From NCBI GenBank assembly GCA_964106915.2, contig OZ066916.1: DNA of 64,000 bases. One strand, 5' to 3'. The position numbers were made by a program, and so were the translations under genes. The DNA comes from Podarcis gaigeae (lineage: Eukaryota). This document shows, piece after piece, positions 25,321-37,233 of this stretch (position 1 is its first letter; each line of letters begins with the position of its first letter). The notes beneath the pieces are model-generated. The model was not told the origin of the DNA. It was given only the letters and a program-made list of their open reading frames with translations, and did no database searches.

Positions 25321-27500
25321 TCCCTCATCTGAAATATGTTATGACCTCAGAGTCTTGATTCCCCATCTTTGAGGGATGAAGCCATGGATTTGAAGGCAGT
25401 GGGAGCGAATTGCCACCAGAGCCATCCCTACTATCTTGGAAGCATTCACACACGAGGAGCACATTTTACCTCCTCTGATCAAGCCCAGAAGCCCAACTGG
25501 AGCTATGGCGTCCTTTGTCCAGTGTGAAGCAACAGCTGATAAACAGGCCGGGCCCCTTTAATGGAAGAGGCCAGTGGTGGAGTGTTTCTGGCTGGTGCCT
25601 GGGGCAGGGTGCACAGTTGGCTGACTGATTTGAAGGGTTCACTCATGGCGCCCTGCGACCCCAGCGCTGCTTGGGCTGGCAGGGCACATGCCTGTTGTGT
25701 CCTTCTCAAGCCCTATGTGTTCCCTTCCCTGTGGCATCCTTTTCACACAGCCCTTCACCTGGCCTGCAGGCTGGCAGGGCATTGTGAGGAATGCCCTCCC
25801 CCAAAAAACTGTGCCTGGGGCAATGCCCCCCCCCCCGCCCAAGGTATGCCTCTGGAAGAGGCCTCCTCTCACTGAAGGCAGATCTAGCCCCCCTCCCCCC
25901 ACCCAAAGGAGATGCTGCTCTATTATAATGTTCAGGCTGAGTTTGATCTGCCTTGCTTTCCTTTGCAGATCCAGAAATTTTGCCTTGAACTCTCCTACTT
26001 CTGAGGCCATTGCTTGAAGCAGAACAAAGGATTGGAACCACCACAAAACAGGGCCTTCGAGTCCCATATTATCCAGGTAATCTGGGAAAAAACCCCTGCC
26101 TTGTTATTTATTGATTCCTGATTTTGCCAACAAGCTGAGTAATAAAAGTAGTAAGCATTACTTTTAACCATATAGTATGATTTAAATGGAGCCCCTTAGA
26201 ATATGTTCCTGAAAGCTGGATGCTGCCCAACGGTTCCACGAAGAGGATTCGTGGTGATTGCAAAATACATTTATAGCATGGGCCTGGAAATGCACCCACT
26301 TATTATGCCCCAAGTACTGAGGCAAATTTACTGGTGCTGGAATGTCATATCCTGCTGAGCAACCGCGCTTGTAATCATAACACAATATGCTCCCTATTTA
26401 TACAGCTAGAGCCTACGGTGTTTGTTACATTCATGCTAGCAATGGGCACACTGGTAATGGTTTCTGAGGTTTAGCTGCACGAGATTTCTGTTATTTCCTG
26501 TTTTTGATCAGCCAGAAATTCAGTACTGGAGGAAATCTTTTTCTTGAAGCTGTATAATGTTGCATCATATATATTCAGTTTTGTTTCATATCAGTTTATC
26601 TAAGACAGTTCACCATCTCTTGATTGCTATTAAAAGATCAAGTGGCCCTTGCCATATGTGTTTCTTTCTGTGTGTGTGTCTGTGTGCATACGCATATAAA
26701 ATGTTGATTTGTATAATTTCTTACCAAAATATCTTGGCTATTTCCTAACATAATAGTAAATAATCAAGCACCTCTTGAATATAAAATAAAAGAGGCAACT
26801 TTCATTGAACTTAAAATGTTCTCTTGCAAACTAACAGAAACCAATGTTAGAAATTACAATTACATAACTACCCTATGCCTGTTTAATATTCGCTGGAAAG
26901 CCACTTTTTAAATTTTGAAAACAAGAGATTCCATCGGGTGCCGTTTGAGAAAATAATTATCTCATTCTCCAAGACTTTCATCAAAACCGTTACTAAATTG
27001 TTTATAAGTAGTGTTTTCCAGCTATTTATGTAATATGAGTATTTTAGAAGCCTGTTATTTCCACCTTGCTGCATACGTGGTTTGCTGTGGTGAATTTGTA
27101 CGTAAATGAGGTTTCTTCTGTGGCTTCTCCGCAAAGATTGGAGAGCTAGATTATGCAAAAGGTAGCAGGAGCTTTTCCCGTACTGGATAAAGAAAGAAAT
27201 GCAGTTGTGAGTCATACAGCACTTACAGTTTGTTCCATTGCCTCCCATTTAGGCTAAAATGCAAGAATCACTTTCTGATCCTTTAATTTGCAGCTACAAA
27301 GCACAGAGAAAATAATTAACTATGGCTCAAATAACAACTTATTCATTCAGTATTCATACATGCATACTGTAGTCACAACTGCTGGAGCAACCCAGCCTCT
27401 TATACATTTATCCTGATAGTCTACTAGTTTTTGTACTGTTGGTTTTATTGTATTTTTAAACTTTACTGTGCCTGTGTTTTCCTTCCTTCCTTCCTTCTTA

Positions 27501-27988
27501 TAGATTTTATTAAAATTTGGAAAAAGCAATACAAAAAATAATGTCAAATATCTTTTTATCAAAGCTAAAAAGCTAGTATGAATAAAAATACTGAAATGGA
27601 GAGAAAGATATAGAGAAATAGAAAAAGGATAAAGGATAAAGGGAAAAGAAAAAGAAAGAGGGGGCAGAAAAAAGAGAACTTCCAATTCTTAATTTGTTAG
27701 CTATATATAAAAATTATTCAGTACATCCACTCCAAGGTAACACCCAATAAATCCACATTCTATAAACCAACACTATATTCAATCCTCAAACACAAATACA
27801 GTATCATGAATTCATTTTCTTTTCATGCAAGAAATCTATAAGAAGCTTCCAATCTTTAGTAAAAGTTGACAATGACTTTTCTCCAATTAAACATGTAACT
27901 TTGCCATCTCAGCTAAATCCAGTAATTTTTGCAACCATTCCTCCATTGTTTGTAATGATGAGTCTTTCCATCTTTGTGCATATAAAAG
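27501..27988 (-). mobile_element. 5'-truncated L1 LINE (ORF2 C-terminus, 3' UTR, poly(A) signal)
   Basis: Minus translation LLYAQRWKDSSLQTMEEWLQKLLDLAEMAK/VTCLIGEKSLSTFTKDWKLLIDFL is typical of non-mammalian L1 ORF2 ends; AATAAA near 27505-27510. Confidence 0.75.
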
Positions 27989-28570
27989 TGGAACAGGCTA
28001 TCTCCGCCACCCAAATTACCCCTGGACTCAGGCATGGGCACAACCCCCTCACAGGGGTTGACCAAACCATCGAGTCCCTGGATTCCTTTAACGGAATACC
28101 CTTCACATAGGGATGGTGAGACCGCTCTCCCATCCCTATCACCTGAACAAGAGCCTATCAGCAACCTTACAAGTTATGACGATTTGCTACGCGGCAGGCG
28201 AAACCCAAATGGCACCAGCCAATCAGCCAAGTGGGGGAAATTCCTGCTGTGCCCCTGTCCCAACGACAGACGACACACGACGGCAAAGCAAGGTCAAGCA
28301 CAACAAGCCCTAAAGGTAGGGAGAGGTGGGCAGGTGTTCCAAATGCACACGCCAAAAGAGGAAGCTCTGGGTCACATGCATGGGCATAAATAGGTCCCTC
28401 AAACCATTTGGACTGCGTCCCATTGGCCAGATTGTACCCAACTTAGGGACCTACCAATCGGGTGTTGTGGCTTACCAATTGTACCCACCCACAACACACG
28501 GTGTTGGTTGTCCAGGTCTCACTGCAATACGTGCCCTCTTTAAGGGAGGACCCAATTAACTAGGAAGGAT
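27989..28570 (-). mobile_element. GC-rich retroelement terminal-repeat fragment (DIRS/Ngaro-like, family tentative) abutting the L1 fragment
   Basis: Abrupt compositional change, several CCAAT boxes, TATA-like TATTTATG (minus), structured hairpins. Family assignment is from recollection only. Confidence 0.45.
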
Positions 28571-29145
28571 GTTTCTTCTTCTTTTTCAAATATATATACA
28601 AAATGCTTGCAAAGTGCTTCTCAAAAGATGGTTAGGATAATCATTTCTCTCAAGGAGGCATTTATTTTCTACCTCGTGCACCCAACTAGTCAATCCACTC
28701 CTGTCTGCTGCCCCTTGCCTATATCCTCAGGTTGGAATACCTAGAAGTCATCCCACACAGCTTATATTCTTCCATCCTTGTTTGTAAGTCAAACTGGGTG
28801 AAAGTAGAACTCGGACCAAACAGAGATCTCACTCATGAAAAACAAGAGATTCCTTCACATCTCAGTTTTAAAGTGAAGAAGCCAGATTTGTGCTCCCAGT
28901 TTTTGATGTCTCATGTGACCAGAAAAGCAAATGAAGAGGTTGATGAGAAGAGGACAATGGAAGAAATTCACTGGCCTAAGATCAGCTGTTTTGTATCTTT
29001 AGTGGAAAAGTGGTGTGTGTGTATGTGTGTCAGGGAAAGAGACTAGAGTAATAGCCTTGCAAGGTGTGAATATTTGGTTTTCTTGGAATTTGCAAAATAT
29101 TCTTAGTGGATTCAAAATGAAAAAGAAGATATTCAGCAATCTTAT

Positions 29146-29345
29146 TAGGATGCTGCCTTATGCCAGCTCATGCTATTTGTCCTCATAGCCCCGTGTCGTC
29201 AAACTGGCGACAGCTCTGTAGGATTGGGCAAAGGAATTCCCATTATCTGCTACTTGATTCTTTTAACAGGAGTTGCCAGGGATTGAACCTAAGACCCTCT
29301 GTATGCAAAGCATGCCCTGTGCTGTATTGCTGAGCTACGGTCTCT
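29146..29345 (-). mobile_element. Old tRNA-derived SINE (related degenerate copies near 30690-30848 and 59850-60020)
   Basis: Minus strand shows A-box gtagctcag and B-box ggttcaatccc, plus a CR1-like tail (aaggcagcatcct). Confidence 0.6.
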
Positions 29346-31562
29346 TTGCTCTCAATGTATTGTAAAAGAAGCTCCCCTAAACCATATATATTAGTTACTG
29401 TTAACATGAATGAGGTCCTTTCAATCTCTTAATACTTTTTTTCTTTACATTTTTTTGTCTATTAATTCTCACTACAGTCTTTTAGCGTAAGTCGTCATAA
29501 CCACTCTGAAATGTCATAACTTTGCAAAGGCTGCCTTAGTTTCCTAGACTGAAGCCAAATGGTCAGATGTGAATAATATATACTGCTCTTTCTCGGTCTC
29601 TTGCCTTATTCTCTGCTTTGTGTTCCTTGAGCTTGTGTAAGATAAACCAACCAAAGAGCATGCCAAGCTCACATAAGCTCTTTGGGAGATCTACACAAAG
29701 AAAGGGATGCTGCTGGTGAATCAGAAGTGAATACTCAGAATACAATGGTATTTTTAGAATGCCCAAAAATGGTTGTTGCGTGAGCATTGACTTGAAGAGT
29801 ACAGAAAATCTTTCCGAGATCAGTTAGCTCTTACCCACACCCAATTTTGTCCATCTCTGGAGATTGTGTCTGAATAGAAGGATTTCCTGGAATGAATGAA
29901 CTGGATAAGCATATATTTTAATGTTAACGAATGACTTCCAGGCAGCCACGCAACATATATCAGTTGTCAAAAAAATCATCAGGAAAACCTATCCATTGTA
30001 CTTAAGGTGAATTTTAAAAGGTTAGGTTATATTAGTGAGCTTTTTTCTAAGGGAGGAGACAGCAACACAAGAGGCAAGGACAAAGTGTCAGAGTCAGGCT
30101 AGAGACAGACAATAGTTTCAGACAGAGAGAGACATTGCTCATATCTATCCTCCCCTGCAATATTCCATTTTTAGGCAAGTATTTTTTTGAAAAGAGGTGA
30201 AAGTGGAATGGGTAAACACACCATGAGCAATGATCCATCTTTCAAACCACCATCAACTCTATGAAAAAAATAGTTGCCAGTATCAGGTGCAGTGTTCAAG
30301 GAATGTATTACGAGCTCTGGGGTTTACCTGTTTCTGCTTAATAATGTTTTACATCTGTTTGTGCCTATCTTCATACAGTATAAACATTCTTCTCATATCA
30401 AGTGCATGGGGTGCAGCCTTGTACTACACTGCATACCAGCCACATCACACTGCTGCCTTGTCTTCAGCTTATGATCAACTAAGACACTTCAATTTTTTCC
30501 TCACATACTGTTGGCTAGTCAGCTTTCCCCCATCCTATATTTTAGAGTTTGACTCCCAGCAGACATCAGGATAGCTGAAATGCCCCATTATTAAATATGT
30601 CTCTGCTCTGTGAATGTTTTCTCATCTTTCCAGGAAAACATAGTCCATGTCTTCTGGTTGGCCGGGCAATCAGAATGCTGACACAGCAAGATCATTAGTT
30701 TTTCTCTCCTACCCAGAAGCTTTCAACAGGGCTTCCAGTCTCATATTCAGGCTGTGTCTTCCCCGAATCTTATCAGGAGATGTCAGAGATTGAACATGGG
30801 TCTTTCAGAAAACAAAGCCTGTGCCCTACCACTTAGCTAAGTCCCCTTGCCTGTTGCACCTAAATACCAGGAGGATACCTCATTTGGGCATCCCAGATTG
30901 TTTATGAATAAACAATAGGCTTTTGGCCTTGATTTTAGTGGGCAAGCCTGCTATAAAATCTGGAGATGAAGGCAGAAAAAAGCACATTGGTCTGAGAATG
31001 TTTTCACTGTCCTCATATCGAGGGCATCTCCTTAACTTCCTGAGCCATCCTACAGGCTTGTCTGAACGGAATCCTTCACAGGCCTATTAAAAGCTTCTAT
31101 GCTCAAAATAGTTTCCAGAATCATTGTGTGATGCCATCACTTGGAAGTCAGCAGGGGGAAAGGACGGGTTATGTATGCATACATATAACCATGAGATCTG
31201 CAACTGCCAAGCAGGTGTTGGGCCAGTTCCCAGTTGATTAATCTGGTCAGCAGCTGATGGATTCCTATTTTAAGGACACTATGCCCTGTGATCTTTTCAG
31301 AAAGTCCCCCTCGTATCATACCTTCTGAGGAAGGTTGATTAAAGAGATTTGCAAGATAATGAGGAACCTGCGTTGGGATTCCATTTTCACTGCTTCCAAG
31401 AGTAGCCTCAGCTAAGCAGCTTTCTCTGATCACATCTTGGGGGCAGCTTTGAATGTGAGTTTTTAAAGCAGAGAATTTGGCGGGGGGAGGGAGGCGATGT
31501 TGCAACACTAAAAGCTGTCTAGCCACATTGCCGATTTTGTATGTTCACAGAAGCGAACATAC

Positions 31563-31695
31563 CAGAGGTAGGCAACACCCTGCCTTCCAGATGTTGAACT
31601 ACAGCCCAACATCCCTGACCATTGACCCTGCTGGATGAGGCTGATGGGAGTTGGAGTCCAACAACATCTGCAAGTCAGGACATTGGCTGCCCCTG
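31563..31695. mobile_element. Short hAT-type MITE
   Basis: CAGAGGTAGGCAAC...TTGGCTGCCCCTG ends; same family as 61642-61779. Confidence 0.7.
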
Positions 31696-31933
31696 GCATA
31701 GACCTTTTGCCCAATCTCCGCCAGTCATTACCAGGGATGTTGGAAAATTCTAACAGTTACAGAAGCACAAATTCCTGGTGCTTGCTTATTTGTCCCATGT
31801 CAAGAACAGGAATCAATCCAGCAAATATGATTGGTATTTGCTGTTGCTTTCAGTCTCCAAATGTTACATAACTGATTACATACTCCCCCCCTTTACATCA
31901 CATTTGCACTGAAATGAATGAGATGGAGTAGCT

Positions 31934-33356
31934 GCTCTGGATCCATTCCAGTCCGGCTTCCGCGCTGGCCATGGGACCGAGACGGCTCTGGTCGCCCTAA
32001 CAGATGATCTCCGCAGGCAGCTGGATCGAGGCGGGTCGGGGCTGCTGATTCTTCTAGATCTGTCAGCAGCCTTCGACATGGTCGATCACGAACTCCTGGA
32101 CCACCGCCTTGCCGACGTGGGGATCCAGGGCACAGTCCTTCAATGGCTGCGCTCGTTTCTCTCTGGTCGGGGACAGAGGGTGGCGCTTGGGGGGGAATTG
32201 TCATCGCGCCACTCCTTGGTGTGTGGAGTGCCTCAGGGTGCGATTCTCTCCCCGATGCTTTTTAACATCTTTATGCGCCCCCTCGCCCAGCTTGCCCGGA
32301 GTTTTGGGCTGGGCTGCCATCAGTATGCTGATGACACCCAACTCTATCTGTTGATGGATGGCCATCCTGACTCGGCCCCAGACACACTGGCGAGATGTCT
32401 GGAAGCTGTGGCTGGATGGTTACGTGGGAGCCGGTTGAAGTTAAATCCTTCGAAGACAGAGGTCCTCTGGCTGGGCCGGGACGATATGGGATTGAGGGGG
32501 CAACTCCCATCTCTTGCGGGGGTGCAATTGGTGCCAGCACCGTCCGTTAAGAGTTTGGGTGTAATCTTTGATACCTCCCTCTCTATGGAGGCGCAGATTA
32601 CAGCTATAACAAAGGCGGCATTTTTTCATCTCCGCCAAGCTAAGCAGTTGGCCCCTTATCTCTCTCGCCCTGACCTAGCCACTGTGATCCATGCGACGGT
32701 CACCTCCAGACTGGATTATTGTAACTCGCTCTACGTGGGGCTGCGCTTGAGACTGACCCAGAAACTCCAGCGGGTGCAGAATGCCGCGGCGAGACTCCTT
32801 ATGGGGTCTTCACTGCGAGATCACATTCACCCAGTACTATACCAGCTGCACTGGCTCCTGGTGGAGTACAGGATCAGGTTTAAGGTGCTGGTTTTAACCT
32901 TTAAAGCCCTATACGGCCTAGGACCCTCGTACCTATGGGACCGCCTCTCCTGGTATGCCCCACAGAGAAACCTACGGTCTGCAAATAATAACATCCTCAA
33001 GGTCCCAGGCCTCAGAGAGGTTAGGCTGGCCTCAACTAGAGCCAGGGCCTTCTCGGCTGCGGCTCCAATCTGGTGGAACGCTCTGTCACAAGAGACTAGG
33101 GCCCTGCGGGACCTGACATCTTTCTGCAGGGCCTGCAAGACAGAGTTGTTCCACCAGGCCTTTGGTCAGGGCGCAGCCTGACTCCCTCCTCTGGCAACCT
33201 GCATAGAATATTGCTTAATTGGTTGCCATTAATTTGATTTTAATTAATTTTTATAATGAATATTTTGAATGTGTGATTATTTGATTGTTTGATTATTTGA
33301 TTATTGTTAGCCGCCCTGAGCCCGGCTTCGGCTGGGGAGGGCGGGATATAAATAAA

Positions 33357-33404
<48 letters not shown>
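31934..33404 (+). mobile_element. 5'-truncated young L2 (LINE2) element with (TAT)n tail
   Basis: RT ORF, short 3' UTR with stem-loop (gccgccctgagccc...gggcggg), AATAAA and (TAT)n tail at 33358-33404; CpGs retained. Confidence 0.9.
31937..33181 (+). CDS. L2 ORF2 fragment: reverse transcriptase and C-terminal domain, open but 5'-truncated (no endonuclease)
   Basis: LDPFQSGFRAGHGTETAL...LLDLSAAFDMVDH...GVPQGAILSPMLFNIFM...YADDTQLY...LKLNPSKTE...SRLDYCNSL; no internal stop over 414 codons. Confidence 0.9.
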   Translation: MDPFQSGFRAGHGTETALVALTDDLRRQLDRGGSGLLILLDLSAAFDMVDHELLDHRLADVGIQGTVLQWLRSFLSGRGQRVALGGELSSRHSLVCGVPQGAILSPMLFNIFMRPLAQLARSFGLGCHQYADDTQLYLLMDGHPDSAPDTLARCLEAVAGWLRGSRLKLNPSKTEVLWLGRDDMGLRGQLPSLAGVQLVPAPSVKSLGVIFDTSLSMEAQITAITKAAFFHLRQAKQLAPYLSRPDLATVIHATVTSRLDYCNSLYVGLRLRLTQKLQRVQNAAARLLMGSSLRDHIHPVLYQLHWLLVEYRIRFKVLVLTFKALYGLGPSYLWDRLSWYAPQRNLRSANNNILKVPGLREVRLASTRARAFSAAAPIWWNALSQETRALRDLTSFCRACKTELFHQAFGQGAA

Positions 33405-33652
33405 GCAATTGATGCAATTAATTATGTAAATTACATAAGTTATATTATTTTTCTGTGGTGGGCAGTGAGACCAATAATGCAGGCTTGGGCAGAATATTTG
33501 TTTGTTTGTTTACCGCTCTTCATCCATAGATCTCAGGGTGGTTCACAAAAAAGGGGAAAGAAGAAGATGAACTGTAGAGGAAGGATAACAATGTTGGATG
33601 TAACGAATACAGGGTGGAACAGAGAACAATGCCTTCAGTTATAAATCCTCAT

Positions 33653-33838
33653 GATACACACTATACATTTAAAGTGCATTTGAAGCACATTGTTTCCCTC
33701 AAAGAATTCAGGGCACTGTGGTTTATTCCTCTCAGAGTTACAATTCTCAGCAGCCCTTAACTAGCTACAGTGTCCAGAATTTTTTTAAGGGGAAAATGTG
33801 TTTCAAATGTGCTTTAAAGGTATAATGCGTATGCAGCG
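33653..33838. mobile_element. Palindromic MITE (squamate foldback type)
   Basis: Long imperfect TIRs: tatacatttaaagtgcatttgaagcacat ... atgtgtttcaaatgtgctttaaaggtata. Confidence 0.6.
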
Positions 33839-36138
33839 CTAGTCATCACTGCCTCAGGGCCTGACTTGTGAAAAGTTAGAAAGTGCATTGTTTTTCTCTT
33901 TCATAGTATCCCTGCTCAGTATGAAACCACTGAAGCAAAGCAGATCTGGGTTTAGTTAGTATCTAGATGTGAGACTGTCTGAGAACCACAGGTGTGCTAC
34001 CTTGACTTCTGTGATGGAAGAAAGGTGGGTTGAAATGTGACAAAATGAAAATGAAATAGAGTAGTGCTTGGAATAGCCTTGGGGAAAGCAAAAGTGGCAT
34101 TTTGATGCAGAGCACAGCCGGTCTATGCGTGACTCCAATGTTTGCTGCACAAGCGAGAGGACAGTTTATATTGGTATCACAAGAACGACTAGAGTACACC
34201 AACAGGTTCCTGCGATAGCTTCTGGATGATATGATACCAGAGGAATGCATGATGAGAGGGACTCCCTTGCTAAGATACTTTTATGCTAGGTATTAATAGT
34301 TTAATCAACTTTCCTTGAGTGCTTTAGCGGAAAGGCGGTATATAAATGCAGTAAATTAATAGAAGAATAAATATATTCCATCATTATTTATATGTTAGTT
34401 AGTCTGGCATATTCTCATACATCTTAGAGACAGAAAAAGTAGATCTTGGAGTGTCAACATCATGGTAAATTGATAATCCCAGAATTTGTTTCAACTTTGC
34501 ATCCTAAACTAAAAGTTCTTCCATTTATTTTAATTCCCACCCCCACCCCCACTATGTTTTGACTGCAATTGGAAGAAGTCATCATTGTTTCTTTTCTGGA
34601 ATAGGATTATTGAGGATCGCAGAATATTTCTGGAAATGCAAGTGTTTGCTAATGCTGTAAATAAGAGGCATTACAAAAGAAAATACTAGCAAATTAAAGA
34701 GCAATTTCTTGCAAACAGCCATCTCATTCAACACCTACTGAATTTTATTCCGAAAGGTGCTTACATAACACCATGCCTTGTGCTATTGCAGTCTTTCTCG
34801 GTACCCTAACCAGTTCTGCACTCCATACATAAACTTTTCTTGAGTTTTGTTTGTATGCAAACAAAAATGCACAGCATGGGTGCAAAGAATACTTGTTTCA
34901 AATACATCTTATATATGTTCTTATCGGGGAACCAGAATTGGATCTGACTCCTTCTTTTGGTGCTGCTAGGACCTAAACCAACCAAAGCATTAGCATAATA
35001 GCAGCAGCTGGCCATTTTTGCATCATTCTTAGTTCTGTTGGGTCATAGCCAGGCATGGCAAGAATCACTGCACCACCACAACTTCATGCCTGTTTTACTC
35101 CATTTGCACAGGCAGCATGGCAAAACACAATAAAGTACAATCACAGTGAAGCTTTTTCCAGAATTGTATTTCCCTATGAGAAAAGGCTTAACCTGCTGAA
35201 TTGCTGCCTAGAAAATAAGAATCAGGAAAAGTGCATTAAAGTGGAGGGGGAAACAGCAGCAGTTCAGGACTTCAGAGATTCCTCTTGCCTGGTGTCAAAA
35301 CAACTAATTTATCAATTGGAGCTCTGATTTCACTCATTTAATGGAAATTGCTTAGAAGGGTACCTGTACATTTTGCTTCATAACTTTATTTCTAGGAGGA
35401 CTAGATTATTATTTTTTAAAAAGAAAACCATGAAAGCTCAGAATCTGGGGTCTGTGCCTGATACCACTAGTGAAGGTCTTCATGGATGCCATGACACCTG
35501 CAGGTGCCAGGTTGGCAACTCCTGGAATATATATTTTTAAGAAAGGGGATGAGATAGGTGGCTGCTTGAACGACACAGGAATGAGGCATGCAGGGTGGTT
35601 AAAATTGGGGACTGAATTAGAGTGGTTGGTGGAGGGACATAGATGAAGGAAAGGGAGATGTGAGGGTGTTCACTGAAAGAACAGCTGGTATTAGAAAGAT
35701 AATACAGTACTAGAATTATCTGGTATTCTGGTAGATAAATATATGGGGGGCTAAACTGTGTATTGTCTGGACAACCATGGAGCTTTGGAAAATGGGGAAA
35801 TTCTTGGTTAGAGAAGGTACATACAAAAAAGATGAGTGAATGGATTTCACATATTAATGTGAACGATTGAGCTGGGGCTTTGGCTGTAGATCTGCAGCAT
35901 CATTTATATTCACCATTTCTTATTTATAAAACAGGTAAAATTTTCTAGTCACTGTACAGACTCAGATGTCTGCAGGCTAACAATCTTTTCTTTTTTTAAG
36001 GAGACCAAAACATTTCAGTCAGTATCAAACCACTTTAAAGATCCATTGTTGTTTATTAAATTTGTATACCGCGCTTCACCTGAAGCTCACAGGGCAGTTC
36101 GCAACATAAAAATACAAAATACATAATAATACAAAAAC

Positions 36139-36430
36139 AAAGGAATAACCCCTCTGCCATGGCTCCCCACAAAGAATCCTGGAAGATGTAGTTTATTAAG
36201 GGTGTTGAGAGTTCTTAGGAGACCCCTATTCACTTCACAGAACTACGATTCCCAGAGTTCCCTGGGAACAGGGATTGACTGTTACATTACGCTGAAAATT
36301 GTAGCTCTGTGAGGGGAATAGGGGTCTCCTGAGAAGTCTGTTCACAAACAACAGTTCCCCATATTCTTTGTGTGAAAGTCATGACAGTTCAAAGTGGTGT
36401 GATACTGCTTGAAAAACAAAGCGCAGATGA
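36139..36430. mobile_element. Palindromic MITE, left end truncated
   Basis: Inverted arms aggagacccctattc-cttcacagaactac / gtagctctgtgaggggaataggggtctcct. Confidence 0.6.
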
Positions 36431-37187
36431 GACCAGGAATAGAACTGAAGTGGCCATACATTTAAAAATTCTTCTTCACTTCCACTCTCCCATCTTTTAG
36501 TGCTCTAGATGCCTTTGTGCCTTTTCTTTAAAACACTGACCACAACTTTGGAAAGTTTTCTGGCTGATGTTTAGATTTTAAAAAAGAATGCCTAATAATA
36601 AAATGGTGAGACGAAAATGAAAAGAAGAAAATTTCAACTAAGTACACATTCTTTGGAAATAATGCTATCTAGAGTAATTTTCTGTCGAATATTATCTACC
36701 CAATTCCCACGCACATGTCTTTTTGAAATCTTCCACTGCATCTTGTATATGCATTTCCCCCTTTTTAAAAAAAGGCCTTGTTACAGCTGTATGTCCTTGA
36801 TTTATTTGTTTTGTGGAGCATTTTAGACAAGGCCTAACAAAATGGGTTTCATTGCTCTGAGCCAGTTATCTGTTTTGCATTCCACTCCAGTTTTTTTAAA
36901 AAATGGAACGGAAAAGAAAAAGCAGGGAAGAATCCAGAATAGGCAGAAATCTGTTTGTTCTCAACCTTCTGTATTATTTAAATGCTTCTCCCTGGAGCAC
37001 AAAATGGATGACCTACAGAACAGTCTCTTGTCCAATTGTGATGTATGGCTGTGAAATTTGCACCCAAACTAAAACAAAAGCAGAAAATCCTGAAGAAAAT
37101 ATAAAAGCTACTGAATATTCTCCATATATGGTTCTGTTATTGTTTCCATGGTTATATATTAATTTGTACACATGTTTATGATAAATC

Positions 37188-37232
<45 letters not shown>
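37188..37232. repeat. (TAT)n microsatellite
   Basis: Direct reading of the sequence. Confidence 0.95.
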
Positions 37233-37233
<1 letters not shown>

